DNA of 64,000 nt from positions 26,538,001 to 26,602,000 of the forward strand of contig CM119371.1 of assembly GCA_051294905.1 (NCBI GenBank), written 5' to 3'. The notes beneath the pieces are model-generated. The model was not told where the DNA came from. It saw only the letters and a list, made by a program, of their open reading frames with translations, and did no database searches. Both the position numbers and the translations under genes were made by a program. Source of the DNA: Botryllus schlosseri. Lineage: Eukaryota. The stretch's first letter is position 1, and the number at the start of each line of letters is the position of its first letter. Positions 47,890 through 60,014 of this stretch are shown piece after piece.

Positions 47890-48916
47890 GTTTTTTGTAT
47901 TATTTCGAATGCAAAGTTTATTACAAAGATTAAAACTCACCCTCCACCGTCGCATGTGCTCTGCTGACCAACTGCAGTGTCCACGACTATCCGCCTAACT
48001 CCAATCAACGCGTAGGCAGTCAATCAATTTCACGTACCATTCCCAGCGGCTGGGGCACCACTAAACATGGGCTACGCAATGGGCTACCCAACTGCATTTC
48101 GAATAATCTTCATTGCTATTATTTGTTATTATTAATTCCATATACTAGTATATTTCGCGATTTTGACAGTGGAAATAGATGTCCTTCGATGACCCACTTG
48201 CTCGATCGGTGCTCTCTATATCCGTCAATGATCATATCCATATAGGTCTCGGGCACTAACGAGTTTTAGTTTATTTCAAATAGGCTATTCTTCATTGACA
48301 ATATTTCTTTTTTTCGATTGCCTATATATGGCGGCATGCGTGATTTTAACAGTGAATATCAACAATACTTCGATAGCACAGCTGATAAGCATTGGCTCCC
48401 AAACTTTTCACAAAAATTCACGAAACGCCCACATGCCAATTTCAAATCACTGACTTGGGAATAAAATAACAACCTGCAACTTAGTTCTATGGGTATATTG
48501 TGTTACTGGAAAACACGATACACAACAGGGATTTTCTAATTATCGTTGTTGACAATCCCACCCGCCGTCATAGCTTGATAGCTGATTGGTTCACGCCCTC
48601 AAGGAATTTTCTCTATTTCTAATGTTATCCACTTTTGTCATGTAACATATTCATTAGCGAAGCTATGAATGAGCTTTTATTTTTTGCATGTCTTTGCCAA
48701 TCTGACGGTGAAGGGTCAGTGCCTCACCAACCATGAATCTCACATCACGTCAACTGCCATAAACATTCATTGAATAAAACGATATCGGAACCCCAAATAG
48801 ACATACATTCGGAAATGTGCTGGCTCAACTTCATTGGATACTCGAAATGAATATAAAAAATACAGATACCTTATTCATTTACACTAGTAATTTCCTGAGC
48901 CGTATCCCTTCACCTT

Positions 48917-49005
48917 CTTTCGATAGCGCAGTTGGTAGAGCGATGGACTGTACAACTGTTCGAGCCGATATCCATAGGTCGCTGGTTCGAATCCGGCTCG
49001 AAGGA
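48917..49005 (+). pseudogene. tRNA-Tyr(GTA), degenerate
   Basis: D-stem mismatch and G37>C. Confidence 0.65.
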
Positions 49006-49637
49006 GTGTTTGTATTAATTGGAATGCGATGTTCATTACAAAACTTTTATAAAACTCTCCCTCCACCGTCGCATATGGTCTGCTGGCCAGCTGCAGTGTT
49101 CACGGCTATCCGCCTAATCTCCAATCAATACGTAAACGATCAACCAATTGGATCAATACTAAACATGGGCTACACAGAGGCGCATTTCGAATAATCCTCA
49201 TTGCTTTTATTTAGTATTCTTGAATATACACACAGGTATGTGCGCAAATTTGAAACCGGATATCGACGTCCTTCAACAACCCACTTGGTAGATCGATGGT
49301 GTTCATTGCTGTCAATGATCATATTCATTCAAGTCTCTTGCACCAATGAGTTTTTGTTAATATTAATTATTGTTCATTGGCCATACTGTTTTTTTTTTCA
49401 ATTGCTTAATTGCATATTCTTCAGCATGCTTGATTTTAGCAGTGGCATAGCACAGCTGATAAGCATTGTTTTCCAAACTTTTTCAGGAAATTTAGAAACG
49501 GTCCCATTGTATTATTTTAATGACTGACTTAGGAATAAAATCACCACCTGCAACTTAATTCTATAGGTATGGTTCCCTAATGCAAACACGATACAGAACG
49601 GTAATTATCTTAGTATGGTTGCGTGCCACATCAACCA

Positions 49638-49961
49638 GCCGCCATAGCTCAGTGACAAGCGCACTGGTCTCGTAAACGAGGGGTCGTGAGCAATGTTCCA
49701 TCTAATTTTGAACGAGTCTGCGCACACTCATCAACACACTGCGCAGACCCTTGGAAAACAGTACGAAACGACTTTAAAAAATGTCATCATTTTGGATTTT
49801 TGTGCGCAACTTAGATTTTCTGTGTGCAGAGACCGGGTCAGCACTGCGCATTTGCGCACGTGCGCAGCTCAGAGGAAACATTGGTGGCGAGTTCAATTTA
49901 CACTGGTTGCTCAATTTTCGTGGCTAAAGCGACCGACTAGAAATCTGTTTGGCTCTGTCGC
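49638..49961 (+). pseudogene. Thr(CGT) with MITE (49691-49883) plus Ser remnant
   Basis: Duplicate of 38870-39194. Confidence 0.85.
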
Positions 49962-51550
49962 ACATATTGTTTGCAGTCGTCGTATTTTTTTCAGATTCTC
50001 TGCAAAATGCAGTGACCATCATTAACGTTATTCATAGTTCGGTAGCAGGTTGGTTTACGCCTCAGAGGAAGTTTCTCTATTTATAATGATATCCTATGAA
50101 GTTGAGCAAGCACATCCTATTTTGTGTTTCAATATCGGTTTGTTCAATGAATGTTCATGGCAATGTGAGATCATGTGTGTCGAAGAACAGTTGTCGTAAC
50201 GAAGCGTAGAAGCTTAAAATTATGCCACGACAGTTTCTTCTATATAGTTATTTATATCACCTGATCTTGGAAAACGTTACCACCTACGTGTCAAGCTGGA
50301 AATCCATATTCAGCGGCGTTGTTAAAACTGCCGACGATGTTACAGACGCATCGTTCGAAATGGCTTGGTGCATCGCGAAACCCAAAAAATATGCAAGAGA
50401 AGGGCTTATTTCAATGAATCTTTAACATGCTGTGCGACTATTCCCTATTTCCGGATCTTAGCAGCATGGGCAACATCACCTGACAAATTACGAAGTTACT
50501 GTTATCTGATTCAACCGTGACCAGAAGAGTAATAGCATTGTCAGTCGCTCTCTTACCACATGTTCTGAAACACTTTTCCACGTATAGACTCACTTTAGCC
50601 ACCTAGCATTGGTCAAATCCACCGAATCCACAGACATTGCATAGCTAATTATCTGGGTGCATTTTATCACAGTGGACGGACATATTTGCAGTGGAAATAG
50701 TGGCAGGGCAAACGTGGGGAGGGGACCAGCGTAAATCATCAACTTGACCAAGCTGACTTCTGTAACCATTGGTGCGCGGCTTCATCCATGGAAGGAAAGG
50801 AGAAGGGTTGATTGGTTTGCTCAGAAATGACCCCTTCTTATACCACTGAGAGCCCAGAGTGATAATGGCCTCTGTCACGAAAAAGTTACCGTAATTTTAA
50901 ACTATCTCGCTCACGCATTGAGACATACAGTTAGGTTATATTGTGGACGGGTTATGGTTTAAAGATGCATATACCGATTTGGCAACGAATGCATTGCACG
51001 CTCCATTACTTTTGCCGCTGGGAGAAACATATTCTTCCGAAAAACAGCAGCCGCAAATATACGAACGCTGTCCATTATTGACTTAGAATGCATAAAAAGG
51101 AAGATTACGAAATACCCGTATACGACTCATAAATAGGCTACTGTAGACTAAATTTGATAATAGTCCACAAATACATGGAAATAATGTTCTGCGACCCGCT
51201 GCGTTTTTTGCTGTTAAAAGGCGGCCCGTTATGCAAGGGAAGTAAAGAACCCACGTGTAATATAGTCATTAGCGGTGCTATGAATGAGCTGCTAATAAAT
51301 AGCTGTTATTTTCAGCATATATCTGCCAATCTTACGGTGGAGGGTCACTGACTCATCAACCATGAATCTCACATCAGGTCAACTGCATGCCATTAACATT
51401 CATTGAATAAACCGATATCCGAACCACAAATGGGCATACATTCAGGAATGTGCTAGCTCAACTTCGTTGGATACTCAAAATAAACAGAAAAAAATATGGA
51501 TAACTAATTCATTTGCGCTACTAATTTGCTGAGTCACATCACGTCACCTC

Positions 51551-51638
51551 CCTTCGATAGCTCAGTTGGTAGAGCGGTGGACTGTAGAACACTGGAGCCG
51601 ATATCCATAGGTCGCTGGTTCAAATCCGGCTCGAAGGA
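51551..51638 (+). tRNA. trnY-GTA: tRNA-Tyr(GTA) with 15-nt intron
   Basis: Canonical body; intron AACACTGGAGCCGAT; T5 terminator. Confidence 0.93.
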
Positions 51639-52288
51639 GATTTTTGTATTATTTCTCATGCAAAGTTTATTACAAAGATTAAAACTCTCCCTCAACCGCC
51701 GCATGTGGTCTGCTGGTCAACTGCGGTGTACACGGCTATCCGCCTGAAATCCAATCAATGAGTATGCAGTCAATCAATTTTACGTGTCATTCTCAGCGGT
51801 TGGGGCAACACTGAACATGGGCTACTCAAAGGCGCATTTTAAATAATCTTCATTGCTATAATTTTTTATTATTGATTCCATACACTGGTATGTTTAGCGA
51901 TTTTGACAGCGGAAATAGACGTCCTTCGATAACCCACTTGCTAGATCGATGCTCTTTATTGTCGTTAATGATCTAACATATAGGTCTCTGGCACTAAAGA
52001 GATTTAGTTGATTTCAATTATTCTTCGATGGCAATATATTTTCTCTTCGATTTCCTATATATTGCAGGTTGCGTGATTTTAACAGTGAATATCACCAATC
52101 CTTCGATAGCACAGCTGATAATCATTGTTTCCCCAACTTTTCCGAAAAATACAGGAAACGGCCCAATGCGGATTTCAAATCACTTACTTGGGAATAAAAT
52201 AACAACCTGCAACTTCAGTCCTATGGGTATATTGTCATACTGGAAAGCACGATACAAAACAGGTATTTATCGTTGCAGACCGTCACCC

Positions 52289-52365
52289 GCCGCCATAGCT
52301 CAGTGGCTAGAGCACTGATCTCGTAAACCAGGCTGCCCGCGCAGGTTCGAGTCCTGTCGACAACG
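52289..52365 (+). pseudogene. Thr(CGT)/Ser deletion chimera
   Basis: Thr positions 1-44 joined to the Ser variable arm, T arm and 3' end. Confidence 0.85.
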
Positions 52366-52774
52366 CATAGCTGTATTTGCAGTCGTTGTAATTTTTAGGA
52401 ATGTATACAGATGTGGTAACCGTTGTTCATAGCTGGATAGCTGGTTGGTTCACAATCTCGAGGAATTTTCTCTATTTCAAATGATATCCCCTTTTATCAT
52501 GTAGCATAATCATTAGCAGGGTTATGAATGAGCTGCTATTTTAGCATATATTTGCCAATCTGGCAGTGAAAGGTCAGTGCGTCACCAACCATGAATCTCA
52601 CATCACGTCAACTGCCATGAACATTCATTGAACAAACGGATATCGGAACCCCAAATAAGCATACATTCAGGGATGTGCTTCCTCAACTTCATTGGATACT
52701 CGAAATAAATAGAGAAAATACAGATAACGTATTCATTTGCAGTAGTAATTTGCTGAGCCATATCCCGTCGCCTC

Positions 52775-52863
52775 CCTTCAATAGCTCAGTTGGTAGAGCG
52801 GTGGACTGTAGAAAACTTGGTGCCGATATCCATAGGTCGCTGGTTCGAATCCGGCTCGAAGCA
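52775..52863 (+). pseudogene. tRNA-Tyr(GTA) with two acceptor mismatches
   Basis: G6>A and G72>C; boxes and T5 terminator intact. Confidence 0.65.
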
Positions 52864-53515
52864 GTTTTTTGTATTATTCCGTATGCGAAGTTTGTTCAAA
52901 ACTCTCCCTCCACCGTCGCATGCGGTCTGCTGGTTAACTGCAGTGTACACGGCTATCCATCTAAGCTCGAATCAACGCGTAGGCAGTCAATCAATTTAAC
53001 GTGCCATTCTCAGAGTCTGGGGCATCACTAAATATGGGCTACAAAAAGGCGTATTTCGAATAACCTTCATTACTATTATTTTTTATTATGGATTCCATAC
53101 ACTTGTATGTTTCGCGATTTTAACAGATGAAATAGACGTCCTTCCATACCCAACTTGCTAGATCGATGCTCTTTATTGCCGTCAACGATCATATCCATAT
53201 AGATCTCTGGCACTAAAGAGTTTTAGTTCATTTCAATTATTCTCCATTGACATTATTTGTCTTCTTCGATTGCCTATATATTGCGGTATACGTGATTTTA
53301 TCAGTGAATATCAATAATACTTCGATAGCCCAGCTGATAAGCATTGGTTCCCCAACTCTTCCGAAAAATTTACGAAACGGCCCCATGCCAATTTTAAATG
53401 TCTGAGATAGGAATACAATAACAACCCGCAACTTAGTCCTATGGGGATATTGTCTTACTGCAAAACTCGATCAACAACAGGCATTTTCTAATTATCGTTG
53501 TTGGCCATCTCACCC

Positions 53516-53589
53516 GCCGCCATAGCTCAGTGGCAAGAGCACTGGTCTCGTAATCCAGGGGTCGGGAGTGCAAATTCTCTCTGGTGGTT
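53516..53589 (+). pseudogene. tRNA-Thr(CGT), degenerate
   Basis: T-loop disrupted. Confidence 0.78.
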
Positions 53590-53591
53590 CG

Positions 53592-53673
53592 GCTGTCGTG
53601 GCCGATTGCTTAAGGCGGCAGACTAGAAATTTGTTGGGCTGTACCCGCGCAGGTTCGAGTCCTGCCGACAACG
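53592..53673 (+). pseudogene. tRNA-Ser(AGA), degenerate
   Basis: D-loop GG lost; acceptor mismatch. Confidence 0.72.
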
Positions 53674-54107
53674 CCGTAACTTTATTTGCAGTCGTTGTAA
53701 TTTTTAAGAAATTATGCAGATGTGATATCCGTTATTAACGTTATTCATAGCTGGATAGCTGGTTGGTTCACAGTCTCGAGGAATTTTCTCTATTTCAATT
53801 GATATCCACTTTTATCATGTAACATAATCATTAGCGGTGCTATGGATGAGCTGTTAATAATGAGCTGTTATTTTCCGCATATATTTGCCAATCTGACAGT
53901 GAAGGGTCAGTGCCTCAGCAACCATGAATCTCACATCACGTCAACGGCCATGAACATTCGTTGAATAAACCGATATCGGAACCCCAAATGGAATTACATT
54001 TAGGAATGTGCTTGCTCAACATCATTGGATACTCGAAATGAATATAAAAAATGCAGATAACTTATTCATTTACACTAGTAACTTGTTGAGCCGTATGCCT
54101 TCACCGT

Positions 54108-54196
54108 CCTTCGATAGCTCAGTTGGTCGAGCGGTGGACTGTAGAACTCTTCGAGCCGATATCCATAGGTCGCTGGTTCGAATCCGGCTCGCCGGA
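54108..54196 (+). pseudogene. tRNA-Tyr(GTA) with acceptor mismatches
   Basis: TCGCCGG replaces TCGAAGG. Confidence 0.68.
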
Positions 54197-54828
54197 GTTT
54201 TTGTAGTAATTCGAATGCGATGTTTATTACAAAACTCTCATAAAACTCTCCCTCCACCGTCGCATATGGTCTGCTGGCCAGCTGCAGTGTTCACGGCTAT
54301 CCGCCTTATCTCCAATCAATACGTAAACGATCAACCAATTGGATCAATACTAAACATGGGCTACACAGAGGCACATTTCGAATAATCCTCATTGCTTTTA
54401 TTTAGTATTCTTGAATCTACACACAGGTATGTGCGCAAATTTGATACCGGATATCGACGTCCTTCAACAACCCACTTGGTAGATCGATGGTGTTCATTGC
54501 TGTCAATGATCATATTCATTCAAGTGTCTTGCAACAATGAGTTTTTGTTAATATCAATTACTGTTCATTGGCAATATTGTTTTTTTTTTTCAATTGCTCA
54601 ATTGCATATTCTTCAGCATGCTTGATTTTAGCAGTGGCATAGCACAGCTGATACTCATTGTTTTCCAAACTTTTTCAGGAAATTTAGAAACGGTCCCATT
54701 GTATTATTTTAATGACTGACTTAGGAATAAAATCACCACCTGCAACTTAATTCTATGGGCATGGTTCCTAATGTAAACACGATACAGAACGGTAATTTTT
54801 TTAGTATGGTTGCGTGCCACATCAACCA

Positions 54829-55153
54829 GCCGCCATAGCTCAGTGGCAAGCGCACTGGTCTCGTAAACGAGGGGTCGTGAGCAATGTTCCATCTAATTTT
54901 AATCGAGTCTGCGCACACTCATCAACACACTGCGCAGACCCTTGGAAAACAGTGCGAAACTACTTTAAAAAAGGTCATCATTTGGGATTTTTTGTGCACA
55001 ACTTACATTTTCTGTGTTCAGAGACCGGAACATCACTGCGCATTTGCGCACGTGCGCAGCTCAGAGGAAACATTGGTGGTGAGTTCAATTTACACTGGTT
55101 GCTCAATTTTCGTGGCTAAGGCGACCGACTAGAAATCGGTTAGGCTCTGCCGC
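54829..55153 (+). pseudogene. Thr(CGT) with MITE (54882-55075) plus Ser remnant
   Basis: Third copy of 38870-39194. Confidence 0.85.
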
Positions 55154-55596
55154 ACATATTGTTTGCAGTCGTCGTATTTTTTTTAGAATCTCTGCAAAAT
55201 GCAGTGACCATCATTAGGTTGGTTTACGCCTCAGAGGAAGTTTCTCTATTTATAATGATATCCAATGAAGTTGAGCAAGCACATCCTTGAATGTATGTCT
55301 ATTTTGTGTTTCAATATCGGTTTGTTCCATGAATGTTCAATGTTCATGGCAGTTGACGTGATGTGTGATTTATGGTTGGTAAGGCACTGACTCTTTACGG
55401 TCAAATTAGCAAATGTATGCCAAGAATGACAGCTCATTCATAGCACCGCTACTGATTATGTACATTATGTTACACGATAGAAGTGGATATCATCAAAGAT
55501 AGGGAATATTCCTTGAAGACGTGAACCAGCCAGCTATCAACATATGAATAACAGTTGCTACGTCTGCATACATTATACAGAATTATTTCGACTGCG

Positions 55597-55602
55597 AAAA
55601 AA
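55597..55602 (-). terminator. Pol III oligo-T terminator of the Thr-Ser dimer
   Basis: T6 on the minus strand 6 nt after Ser; no T-run between Thr and Ser. Confidence 0.75.
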
Positions 55603-55608
55603 TTTCTG

Positions 55609-55690
55609 CGTTGTCGGCAGGACTCGAACCTGCGCGGGCATAGCCCAACAGATTTCTAGTCTGTCGCCTTAACCACTCGGCCACGACAAC
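55609..55690 (-). tRNA. trnS-AGA: tRNA-Ser(AGA)
   Basis: Consensus intact copy. Confidence 0.94.
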
Positions 55691-55692
55691 TG

Positions 55693-55765
55693 AGCCACCA
55701 GTGAGGATTGAACTCACGACCCCTGGTTTACAAGACCAGTGCTCTAACCACTGAGCTATGGCGGC
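55693..55765 (-). tRNA. trnT-TGT: tRNA-Thr(TGT)
   Basis: Identical to 17782-17854. Confidence 0.93.
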
Positions 55766-55791
55766 TCATGATACCGGAATTGATCACCAAT

Positions 55792-56387
55792 CAAGGCATG
55801 GTATGGTATGGTATGGAACGAGAATTTTCCATACTCCATACTTGCCATATTCTCTCCATACCATACTTGCAATTTTCCATACCATACCAACATTGTTCCA
55901 CACCATACTGGATACATATTCCATACTTTCTAATACTTCAATATCATAAGTACAGTACCTTTTATAGCACCTATATTATTGATATTTTGGATGTCAATAT
56001 TGCTTAAACTAGCGAATCTAATGCGAATCTAATTCCTGGTAATAGTTTTACAGAGTCTGTTTTGGTGAGATTTAGTCCACGGTGGTGAGGTGCCGTGTAC
56101 GTCTACTCTACAGCTTCCGCGAGCAAGATGAGATAGTGAGCAGATTGTTATCTAGGACTGTCCGTGTCCATAAAAGGAACTGGCAATATACGGCCTGGGG
56201 GCTGGATGCGTCCCGCTTGTACAGATCACGATAAAATGTATAAAACACCAAAGTATGGAAGTATGGAAATGTCGTTCCATACCATAGATTAAAATCTTCC
56301 ATTCCATACGATACTTGCATCCTTCCATATTCCATACCAAAATAGCGATCCATACCATACCATACTTCCATACCATACCATGCCCTG
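55792..56387. mobile_element. MITE with CAGGGCATGGTATGG TIRs and CCATA subterminal arrays
   Basis: TIRs; absent from paralogous Thr upstream flanks; TSD unclear. Confidence 0.8.
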
Positions 56388-57116
56388 CCACCTACCACCA
56401 TACAGCCAGAAATCGCGACCATTATGAGTTAGATTAATTTTCGTTCTATAGAAGCGTTACCATATGTCTTCCTTTAGTTGGATTTTATCTCCGTTTAAGG
56501 AAATCCGAAATTTCCTCCGAGGACGCCTAATTGTCCTCATTTTTGGAAATTCGTATTTGACAGCGAGGCAAATGGTGACGGTCAACTGCAAATCGCCATA
56601 AATTACGCGAAATACGAATTGTGGACGTTGCGGAGTGGTTAATTCGGCTGCTGAGTCGGAGTGATAAGCTTTTTTTAGCCAGCAAAAAAAGATATAGATT
56701 TTCTGCAAATATTTCAAAATCAGCTGTTTTCGATATCGGTAAACTAACTTTTGTAATTTGATGAACGCGCCCTTGTTTCCCGATTCCAAAGTATGTCAAA
56801 CCTTTTCCATAGCCAAGTGAAATTTCATTTAGAGGCCGAAACAGATACACAACGCTATCGCTTTGCAGTCAACTGCAGGCTACCATGTAGTCGTGTTTAT
56901 AGGAACTCATTTACGGCTTCTAACAAATTTCCAGCATTTGTGTGTTGGGGGATGTTGAATCGAAATATGCGTGTTTATCCTCACATACCTCAATATTAAT
57001 GGTAATAGAATCAACAAAAAAAGGACGTTGAACACTGATGCAATGTGTGTATTCAAGAATGTGGCGTCAGCTATTTGTGGCTCTATCTCGCAGCTACATA
57101 AATAAGTGCAAAATCT

Positions 57117-57206
57117 TGCTCCAGGTGAGGCTCGAACTCGCAGCCTGCGCATGTCTCCGTGTCTGTCGTATAAGTACGGTGCGCTAACCGATTGTGCCAC
57201 TGGAGC
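57117..57206 (-). pseudogene. tRNA-Ile(TAT), degenerate
   Basis: 90 nt; mismatches in the D, anticodon and T stems. Confidence 0.7.
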
Positions 57207-57626
57207 TACGGAGGCTGATGCGGACCACTAAAACCGGATTTGAGTACGTGAGCCCGATGAGACTTCACAATGCCCATTTCATCACAAACAATTTATTGAA
57301 TGAGACCATGTCTGCAAAAGATATTGCCGGTGATGTAGATATGTAGATGTGTCACTGTAGATGTGTCACTCGTGAGTAATTTACGTAAGCAATCTTTCAT
57401 ACGATGATACAATATACCCTAAAAATATTAATCAGCATTCGTCACATACATGTTTCGTCTACACATGAAAGGCGGACATCCGTGTACACTGTACAGTTGT
57501 CCGGCAGATCACATACGACCGTGAAGAGAGGGGTCGGCTTTTGTTGTTGTGTTGCTGTTGCGCCTTTGTGTAAATTTATGTTTTATTCTTCGTAATAAAC
57601 CTCGCACTGTAAATACTGAAAAAAAA

Positions 57627-57717
57627 TCCTTCGAGCCGGATTCCAACTAGCGAAATATGGATATCGGGTCTAATTGTTTTACAGTCCAGCGCTCTACCAA
57701 CTGAGCTAGTTCGAAGC
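57627..57717 (-). pseudogene. tRNA-Tyr pseudogene
   Basis: B box mutated; 2-nt insertion. Confidence 0.8.
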
Positions 57718-57737
57718 GAGCTGATGTAACATGAGTA

Positions 57738-58701
57738 GGGGAGATGTGGTACCGATGGATCACTGGGACCGAGAATACTTGAAAAATTCTCCATGATAAT
57801 TCCATGATTACACTCCGCGAGTTTGTCTACAATGACATGCTGACAGAATCTTTCCTCACATGCAAAATAATTCGACCTGCGTAAGTTATGGGGTCTATGA
57901 CGAATGATTTACGTTTTAGGGGGGGTAAAGTAAATTTGGATCGACATTTGCATTTTTATATATCACCTTTCAGACTAACAAACCCGCCATAATTTTTGAT
58001 ATGAAGTATAGGGCTTGTATCAGAGTATATAACGGCACATATTTTTTTAATCAATACCATCCTCGAGTGGATTATTTTCAAGTCAATTACAATATTTATG
58101 GGGTGGAGGACCTATATGATACGATAGCCAAATCAAGCGAAATAGATGGACCAACTAATTACTTAACAACAGAAACTAGCCTACTTATATATAGGCTGTA
58201 AATCATAGTCCCCTGTGGTGTTTTATCGCTATTACGAGGTATTTGAAAGTCAAAATGTCGATTTGCGGGTAATGTGTATGTGGCATTAATTTTGCAAGTT
58301 TAGGCGTAAATCAAAACATGATTTTATGCTAACATTTGAGTTGATATAATCTATTTTATTCTTGAAGGTCGCGACGAAACATTCTTCATTGGCTTGCTGT
58401 AGCTTAGCTTATAGTACACAACAAAACAAGTTAACAAATTTGAGTTTTTGAGCGTATGTCTCATAGGTCCCATGGTCGTGTGCCATTGGACCCACCGGGT
58501 TGGGACCGATGACACGTTCGAGCAACAAATTTTAAACGTTCATAAATACTTTTTGAAAAGGCGGATATTCATGTAAATGTCCGCGATAGGTAGAGCTTGT
58601 ATCGAAGTGTTGAGACAGCAAAAGATCCACTATTCTCGGCTGAAGATTTGAGGGCCAGAGATCATTTTGCAGTTTTTGATCCATCGGTACCACATCTCCC
58701 C
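57738..58701. mobile_element. 964-bp TA-TSD MITE (GGGGAGATG family), second copy
   Basis: Perfect 25-bp TIRs; TA at 57736-57737 and 58702-58703; empty paralogue at 25669-25670. Confidence 0.93.
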
Positions 58702-59118
58702 TACATGAATCAGTATAATAACCTGCAAATGAATTAGTTATGTTTTATTTTTGTTCATTTTATGTATCCAATGAAGTTGAGGAAGCACATCCCTTAAAGT
58801 ATGTCTATTTTGTGTTTCAAAATCGGTTTGTTCAATGAATGTTCATGGCAGATGACGTGAGGTGAGATTCATGGTCGGTAAGTCACTGACCCTTTACCGT
58901 CAGATTAATAAATGTATGCCAAGAATGACAGCTCATTCATAGCACCGCTATTGATTATGTACCATTATGTTATATGATAGAAGTGGATATCAATAAAAAA
59001 TAGAGAATATTCCTTGAAGACGTGATCCAGCCAGCTATCCAGCTATGAATAACGTTGATAACGGTTACTACATCTGCATACATTCCCAAAAATTATTTCG
59101 ACTGCGAAAAAATTACTG

Positions 59119-59200
59119 CGGTGTCGGCAGGACTCGAACCTGTGCGGACATAGCCAAATAGATTTCTAGTCTGTCGCTTTAACCACTCGGCCACGACAAC
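59119..59200 (-). pseudogene. tRNA-Ser(AGA), degenerate
   Basis: Several stem mismatches. Confidence 0.75.
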
Positions 59201-59202
59201 TG

Positions 59203-59274
59203 AGCCACCAGTGAGGATTGAACTCACCCGGACTGTTAACGAGACCAGTGCTCTAATCACTGAGCTATATCGCG
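59203..59274 (-). pseudogene. tRNA-Thr, degenerate
   Basis: Paralogue of 41673-41745, further decayed. Confidence 0.75.
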
Positions 59275-60014
59275 TTACGCAACCGGAATTGACCACCATA
59301 CAGAAAGAAATCGCCACCATTTTGAGTTAGATTAATTTTCGTTTGATAGAAGTCTTACCATATGTCCTCCTTTAGTAGGATTTGATCTCCGTTTAAGGAA
59401 ATCGGAAATGTCTTCCGACGACGCCTAATTGTCCTCATTTTTGGAAATTCGTCTTTGACAGTAAAGAACAATGGTCACGGTTAACTGCAAATCGCCATAA
59501 ATTACACGAAATAGGAATTGCGGACTTTGCGGAGCGCTTAATTCAGATGTTGAGTCGGAGTGATGAACTTTTTTTTAGCCAGCACAATAAGATATTGATT
59601 TCCTCCAAATGTTTCAAAATCAGCTGTTTTCTATATCGGTATACTAACTTTTGTAATTTGATGAACGCGCCCTTCTTTCCTGATTCCGAAGTATGTTAAC
59701 CCTTTTCCATAGCCAAGTGAAAATTCATTTAGAGGTGGAAACAGGTACACAACGCTATCGCTATGCAGTCAACTGCAGGCTACCATGTGATCGTGTCTAT
59801 AGGAACTCATTCACGGCTTCTAACAATTTTCCAGACTTTGTGTGTTGGGGGTGTTGACTCGAAATGATCGTGTTCGTCCTCACATACCTCAATATTAATG
59901 GTAATAGAATTAACAACAAAGGACGTATAGCACTGATGCAATGTGTGCTTTCAAGAATGCGGGGTCAGCTATTTGTGGCTCTATCGCGCAGCTACATAAA
60001 TAAGTGCAAAATCG

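Noticed and set aside
47701..54385. Recurring ORFs such as MLAQLHWILEMN... and ...SIAQLVERWTVE
   Set aside because: Chance translations across tRNA-Tyr and its spacer; stops and frames differ between paralogues.
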